Shown: one piece after another, positions 58,101 to 64,000 of the stretch | Layout of the letters: the number at the start of each line of letters is the position of its first letter | Position numbering within the stretch: position 1 is the first letter of the stretch | Origin: an uncultured Planctomycetales bacterium | GTDB taxonomy: Bacteria > Omnitrophota > Gorgyraeia > Zapsychrales > JANLHA01 | Assembly: GCA_964595465.1 (NCBI GenBank) | Contig: CAZQQI010000011.1 | Span: forward strand, 8,301-72,300 | Reading direction: 5' to 3' | Length of the DNA: 64,000 bases | Notes under the pieces: model-generated | What the model saw: only the letters and a program-made list of their open reading frames with translations | Database searches by the model: none | What the model was told of the DNA's origin: nothing | Program-made: the position numbers and the translations under genes

Positions 58101-58602
58101 GACCCATGATCTGTTTGAACGCATCCGCCTCCTTCAAGGCGGCGGTATAATCATCCTGCCCCAGCTGAAACGAGACCTCGCCCTTCAGGCAAGCCGAAAG
58201 AGCGATCAGGCCTTCAGAATGCTGTGCCAGAAGTTCTTTATCGATACGGGGCTTGTAATAAAATCCTTCCAGAAAACCGGCTGAGGAAAGCTTGACCAAA
58301 TTAAGATAACCGGTCATATTCTTGGCCAGCAGGACCAGATGGGAATTGCCGCCGGCACGGCCGCTGCGTTCAAAACGGCTGGTCTTGGCCACATAGGTCT
58401 CAAGTCCGATGATCGGCTTGACCCCGGCAGCCTTCATGGTCTGATAAAAATTGACCGTGCCGAAAATGTTGCCGTGATCGGTCATGGCGACCGCCGGCAT
58501 ACCCATTTCGGCTGCTTTCTGAGCAAGGTCCGTTATGCGGCAGGCACCGTCGAGAAGACTGTATTCAGTGTGGACGTGAAGATGGACGAATTGAGGATTC
58601 AT
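55165..58602 (-). CDS. dnaE: DNA polymerase III alpha subunit
   Basis: HLHVHTEYSLLDG PHP domain, GRGSAAGS, PDIDID, GFNKSH. Confidence 0.98.
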   Translation of the reverse strand: MNPQFVHLHVHTEYSLLDGACRITDLAQKAAEMGMPAVAMTDHGNIFGTVNFYQTMKAAGVKPIIGLETYVAKTSRFERSGRAGGNSHLVLLAKNMTGYLNLVKLSSAGFLEGFYYKPRIDKELLAQHSEGLIALSACLKGEVSFQLGQDDYTAALKEADAFKQIMGPGNFYLEIMDHGIPEQKTVNEGLLKISRELDIPLVATNDVHYLEEDQARAHEAMLCIQTQTTLNDPNRMRMSSDQFYFKSPRQMEELFAWAPEAVANTVRIAEQCELEFDFSKYHLPHFDPPEGKSQEEYLRELCEQALPEKYPNADERVHSRLQHEFKIIKEMGFVAYFLIVWDFVRYARSKNIPVGPGRGSAAGSIVSYLLGITNLDPLRYNLLFERFLNPNRAGMPDIDIDFCFDRRPEVIDYVTEKYGKQNVAQIITFGKMKARAAVRDVGRVLGLAYGDVDRIAKLIPPDLGMTIDKALEKEPQLAQLCRDDRMAKEVIETAKVLEGLNRHASIHAAGVVIADRPLTEYVPLYKTSDDQVTTGFTMDGIAQMGLLKMDFLGLRTLTVLSKAVDWIKQTRDMDVDLEHIPLDDPKTFGMLSEAKSAGIFQLESGGMRDLLRKSQPSRFEDLISILALYRPGPMGSGMLDDYVRRKKGESPVEYPHDKLESVLKETFGMIVYQEQVMQTASVLAGFSMAQADNLRRAMSKKKIDVMLKMRKDFVKGCQEINHINEPEANRLFDLIDYFSGYGFNKSHSAAYALVSYQTAYLKANYTVEFMAALLTCERDNTDKVVEYVKECEHLGIDVLPPDVNASMLEFSVVDDQQIRFGLLAVKNVGQTAIESIVLNREENGPYGSLFDLCERVDLRLVNRKVIESLIKCGAMDSFGIPRSQLMAVSGKALEAGGQIQKEKAAGQLSFFTMEDQGKGKGFEKKDDQFPDIPEWSQSQKLAFEKEVLGFYISGHPLEQYSFEVRKFANCSTRSLARLSDGNPVKTVVIITGCKLTATRRTGERMAILTVEDAYGQAEAVVFPSTYNTVADKLQPGQVVLLMGKAAARENRVNIICDDVRLIADVYDAIRAVRVNLAGVDQSGLNRFKHKLSQFPGEVPVYLQLDTRRYKSVQILVGRELHVAPSEMLLNNIKEMVGEENFAVTI

Positions 58603-58733
58603 AGTGTGGCGCGCAAAACAGAAACGGAAAAACAGGAAACTTAGCAAGCCGCCCGGATGAGATAGCATTTATGCTGAAACCCAGCACAGCAAACTCAATC
58701 CATGTTCAACCTAAAACATCCGGCTGATCGTTC

Positions 58734-58766
58734 CCCGCTTCACGCATCACGTTTCACGAAATAACG
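58734..58766 (+). repeat. Short degenerate heptamer run (CACGNNN)
   Basis: cccgctt cacgcat cacgttt cacgaaa taacg immediately after guaA stop. Confidence 0.5.
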
Positions 58767-58769
58767 TTA

Positions 58770-60719
58770 TTATTCCCATTCAATCGTTGACGGCGGCTTG
58801 GAACTGATATCATAGACCACGCGGTTCACGCCGTCGACCTCATTGATGATCCGGTTGGAAATCCTGCCCAAAAGGCTCGGGGGAAGCTCCACCCAGTCAG
58901 CGGTCATACCGTCCTGGCTGGACACACAGCGCACCGCGATCACATTATCATATGTACGCTGATCTCCCATCACACCGACGGTCTTGATCGGAAGAAGCAC
59001 CGCGAAGGCCTGCCAGACCTGCTCATAAAATCCGGCTTTTTTTATCTCGTCCATAACGCGGTCATCCGCCTCACGCAGGATCTCCAGGCGTTCGGGGGTC
59101 ACCTCTCCCAGGATACGCACGGCCAAGCCGGGTCCGGGAAACGGCTGACGTTTAAGAATATGATCCGGCAGTCCGAGATGCTTGCCGATCTCACGAACCT
59201 CGTCTTTGAACAGTTCCCGCAGAGGTTCGATCAGTTCCAAATGCATTTTCTTGGGCAGCCCGCCTACATTATGGTGGCTCTTAATGGTAGCGGACGGTCC
59301 GCCGATAGGAGAGATCGATTCGATCACATCCGGATAAAGGGTGCCCTGGGCCAGATACGAGACATTTTTGTATTTCTTAGAGGCCTCCTGAAAGACCTGG
59401 ATGAATTCATCGCCGATGATCTTGCGTTTCTCTTCCGGGTCCACCACACCTTCCAGACGTTTCAAAAACCGTTTGGCGGCATGGACCACAGTCAGGTTGA
59501 TCTTAAAATGCCCTTTAAAGGTCTTTTCCACAGACTTGACTTCGTTCTTACGCATGAGCCCGTTATCAACGAAAATACAGCCCAGCTTCCTCCCGACAGC
59601 TTTATGGATCAGCATCGCGGCGACTGAGGAATCCACACCCCCACTCAGCCCGAGAATCACTTTCTTGCTGCCCACGCGCTCTTTGATATTCTTCATAGCG
59701 GCGTTGGCGAACTTCTCCATGGTCCAGCGCGGAAAACAGCTGCAGATCTGATAGACAAAGTTGGTCAGGATATCCGTTCCCCGCTGGGTATGAACGACTT
59801 CCGGATGAAACTGCACCCCGTAAATTTTCTTGCGGGGATGACCGATGGCCGCGACAGGAGCGTTCAATGTATGGGCCAGGACCTGAAACCCCTTCGGCAG
59901 ATCTTTAGTCGCGTCAGAATGGCTCATCCAGCAGGTCAGATTGGTGGGCAGATTAGCAAACAGATCCCGGTTGCGGTCCACAAAAAGCTCGGACCGGCCG
60001 TATTCCCGCTCCTTACTTCTCTCGATCTTACCGCCGTGCATCTTGACGATGGCCTGCATGCCGTAGCATATTCCTAAAATCGGCATATTCAGTTTAAAAA
60101 TCCCCTCGTCAGGAAGCGGAGCGTTCTGATCATAAACGCTGATCGGACCTCCGGAAAGGATGAGCCCTTTTGGATTCTGGCTTTTGATCTCTTCCGGGGT
60201 GATGTTGTACGGAACAATACGGCAAAAGACTTTGTTCTCGCGGATCCGGCGGGCGATCAGCTGGGTGTACTGCGACCCGAAATCCAGGATCAAAATAATA
60301 TCTTTATGCCGCGGCTTGGTCACCTTGACCGAAAACTTGGCACGGCCGCGCGGCAGACGCAGGGTCTGGGCCTTTTTTCTGGCCGCAGCGGTACGCCGGG
60401 ACGCGTTGCGCCTGCGGCTGGTCAGCGGCCCGGATGTCAAAACTTTATCTGCGGTCTTTTTCGCTAACGGTTTTTTCTGTTCAGCCTTCTTCGCAGACGC
60501 CTTGGCAGCTTTTTTCGCAGGGGCCTTTTTAACCGGTGATTTCTTAGCAGATTTCCCGGAAGATGCCTTCTTCGCGGTGGACTTTTTCACCGGTTTTTTC
60601 TTTCCGGCTGAAGCCTGGGATGTCTTCTTTTTCGCAGGGCGTGGTTTTTTAGCCGTCTTTTTCATGACCTTTTTTGCTGATTTTTTAGCTGCTTTGTTCG
60701 TTTTTGGCATTTGTTCCAC
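58770..60719 (-). CDS. guaA: GMP synthase with Lys/Ala-rich N-terminal extension
   Basis: [35 protein letters not shown]. Confidence 0.96.
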   Translation of the reverse strand: MEQMPKTNKAAKKSAKKVMKKTAKKPRPAKKKTSQASAGKKKPVKKSTAKKASSGKSAKKSPVKKAPAKKAAKASAKKAEQKKPLAKKTADKVLTSGPLTSRRRNASRRTAAARKKAQTLRLPRGRAKFSVKVTKPRHKDIILILDFGSQYTQLIARRIRENKVFCRIVPYNITPEEIKSQNPKGLILSGGPISVYDQNAPLPDEGIFKLNMPILGICYGMQAIVKMHGGKIERSKEREYGRSELFVDRNRDLFANLPTNLTCWMSHSDATKDLPKGFQVLAHTLNAPVAAIGHPRKKIYGVQFHPEVVHTQRGTDILTNFVYQICSCFPRWTMEKFANAAMKNIKERVGSKKVILGLSGGVDSSVAAMLIHKAVGRKLGCIFVDNGLMRKNEVKSVEKTFKGHFKINLTVVHAAKRFLKRLEGVVDPEEKRKIIGDEFIQVFQEASKKYKNVSYLAQGTLYPDVIESISPIGGPSATIKSHHNVGGLPKKMHLELIEPLRELFKDEVREIGKHLGLPDHILKRQPFPGPGLAVRILGEVTPERLEILREADDRVMDEIKKAGFYEQVWQAFAVLLPIKTVGVMGDQRTYDNVIAVRCVSSQDGMTADWVELPPSLLGRISNRIINEVDGVNRVVYDISSKPPSTIEWE

Positions 60720-60788
60720 TCACCTTTTTCTATAGCTTAAAAAATAACACGCCCCACATGTGGGAAGAGGCCCGGCCTCTCTGTAAGG

Positions 60789-61949
60789 CTATTTGCCCAT
60801 GCCGACACGCTGGCCGACTTGAAAAACCTTTCCTTCCGTCTGGATCGATGGAGCAATGATCATCTCGACATCATGCATTTGACGGATCGATTCGGCTCCC
60901 AATGCTCCCATGGATGCCCGCAGCGCCCCGACCAGGTTCTGTGATCCGTCATCCACGGTCGCCGGCCCGGTCAGGATCTGTTCCAGCGTCCCGGTCGTCC
61001 CTACACGGATCCGTGTCCCGCGCGGAAGATTGGCATGCGATGTCGCCATGCCCCAATGATATCCTTTGCCCGGCGCTTCACTGGCGCGTGCGAAAGCAGA
61101 ACCAACCATACAGGCATCAGCGCCCGCGGCGATGGCTTTACAGACATCTCCTCCGATGCGCATACCGCCGTCGGTAATAATGGGGATATACTTCCCGGTA
61201 CGCTTAAAGAAATGGTCCCGGGCCGCGGACGCGTCAACTGTGGACGTGATCTGCGGAACACCTATGCCCAGCACACCCCGTGTTGTACAAGCGGCTCCCG
61301 GACCCACACCGATCAGAACCGCGCTGGCGCCCAGCTCCATCAGCTCCAGGGTCATTTTATAGGTCACGACATTACCGATAGCGACCGGGATCTTAAGAGA
61401 CGAACACAACTCACCGTAATCGCAGACTTTATATTCAGTGGAAATATGTTTGGCAGACGAAACCTGGGACTGGACAATAAACGAATCCGCCCCGGCCTCC
61501 TGGGCGATCTCCCCGAAACGCTGGGCGTTCTGCGGCACACAGCCCACAACAGCCGGCACCCCGGCCGCCTTGATCTGTTCGACGCGCTCAGCGATCAGCT
61601 TTTCCTGAACCGGGGGAAGATAGAGTTTCTGCAGAAGCTTTGTGGCTTTTTCCGGAGTGGCTTCGGCGATCTCGCTCAAAATCGCGGCCGGATCATCGTA
61701 ACGTGTCTGCACTCCGTCAAGATTAAGGACCGCAATGCCGCCGATCTTGCCCATGGCAATAGCGAATGTGACGTCCACGACACCGTCCATGGACGCGGCC
61801 AGGATAGGGATCTGCAGTTTCATGCCGGAAAAATCCCAGCTGGTATCGACCTCGTTCGGATTGACCGTCTGCATACCGGGAACCAGTGCGATCTCATCAA
61901 ACCCATAACACCGGCGTGCACGCCGTCCGATCCCAATCCATTCGGCCAT
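60789..61949 (-). CDS. GuaB3-family IMP dehydrogenase (no CBS domains)
   Basis: YGFDEIALVP, ASMDGV, GVGPGAACTTR, DGG, WGMAT; upstream of guaA. Confidence 0.9.
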   Translation of the reverse strand: MAEWIGIGRRARRCYGFDEIALVPGMQTVNPNEVDTSWDFSGMKLQIPILAASMDGVVDVTFAIAMGKIGGIAVLNLDGVQTRYDDPAAILSEIAEATPEKATKLLQKLYLPPVQEKLIAERVEQIKAAGVPAVVGCVPQNAQRFGEIAQEAGADSFIVQSQVSSAKHISTEYKVCDYGELCSSLKIPVAIGNVVTYKMTLELMELGASAVLIGVGPGAACTTRGVLGIGVPQITSTVDASAARDHFFKRTGKYIPIITDGGMRIGGDVCKAIAAGADACMVGSAFARASEAPGKGYHWGMATSHANLPRGTRIRVGTTGTLEQILTGPATVDDGSQNLVGALRASMGALGAESIRQMHDVEMIIAPSIQTEGKVFQVGQRVGMGK

Positions 61950-62047
61950 ATTACCTACCTCCTGTAAAAATCCGTAAATAATTGAAAAATAATAAGATTT
62001 GTCCCTAAATAACGAAAAGCCATAATTTTTAACACTATTAAACTAAT

Positions 62048-62076
62048 AATATATAGAAAAGCCTCGCCACTGTCAA
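62048..62076 (-). promoter_or_regulatory. sigma70 promoter of guaB3-guaA
   Basis: TTGACA-17 nt-TATATT. Confidence 0.75.
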
Positions 62077-62127
62077 TCTTCTTTTTGAAATCGACAGTTT
62101 ATGAGAGGATTTTTCATTTTTTCAAAG

Positions 62128-62163
62128 AAAAAGCGGCAGGATTTTTTCAATCCTGCCGCTTTT
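62128..62163. terminator. Intrinsic terminator of groESL
   Basis: AAAAGCGGCAGGATT/AATCCTGCCGCTTTT hairpin. Confidence 0.88.
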
Positions 62164-62196
62164 CCAGGGCTTTTTCAGCTATGAAAACTGCCGAGC

Positions 62197-63858
<1,662 letters not shown>

Positions 63859-63914
63859 TTAAATCACTCGGTTTTTCCCGAATTGGTTCCACTTATTAAA
63901 ATATCCCGTTTCAC

Positions 63915-64000
63915 TTACTTAGTGACCACGGCCAGAACATCGTCTTCGCGCATGATCAAAAGGTCTTCCCCCTCTTTGGATGAAATTTCCGTCCCGCTGT
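63915..64000 (-). CDS. groS: Co-chaperonin GroES (3' part)
   Basis: ..SGTEISSKEGEDLLIMREDDVLAVVTK* upstream of groEL. Confidence 0.9.
   Translation of the reverse strand, partial: SGTEISSKEGEDLLIMREDDVLAVVTK

Noticed and set aside
61950-62047. Purine riboswitch upstream of guaB3; T-boxes upstream of synthetases
   Set aside because: Leaders are short and AT-rich, without the aptamer or T-box consensus.

Overview
Bacterial chromosome segment, almost entirely minus-strand housekeeping genes (groES-groEL, guaB3-guaA, dnaE, HU/IHF-hisS-aspS-LysM-phoH-HD-ybeY-recO, panE-dtd-tatD, an nfnAB-like pair, panB, glyQS-ppdK-sigma-apt, tRNA-Arg, lysS-lolE-lolD-ilvE-mcsA-mcsB-clpC-radA-yacL-ispD-ispF-cysE-cysS-tmk-holB-ricT-metG). 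Diderm genes (Lol, beta-barrel porin) combined with Firmicutes-like gene order suggest a PVC-related lineage such as Ca. Omnitrophota; this is inference. No CRISPR, integrase or transposase was found. Most notable: (1) four copies of an unannotated ~180-bp intergenic nested-hairpin element with compensatory base changes; (2) an operon with an orphan ParA fused to an AMPK-beta/CBM48-type carbohydrate-binding domain, next to a histone-like protein, a candidate storage-granule positioning system; (3) an archaeal-type Hel308 helicase; (4) a dispersed family of ordered 9-mer/7-mer telomere-like repeats; (5) an Nfn-like large subunit that has lost exactly one Fe-S cluster's ligands. All coordinates were read by eye, and no database searches were run.
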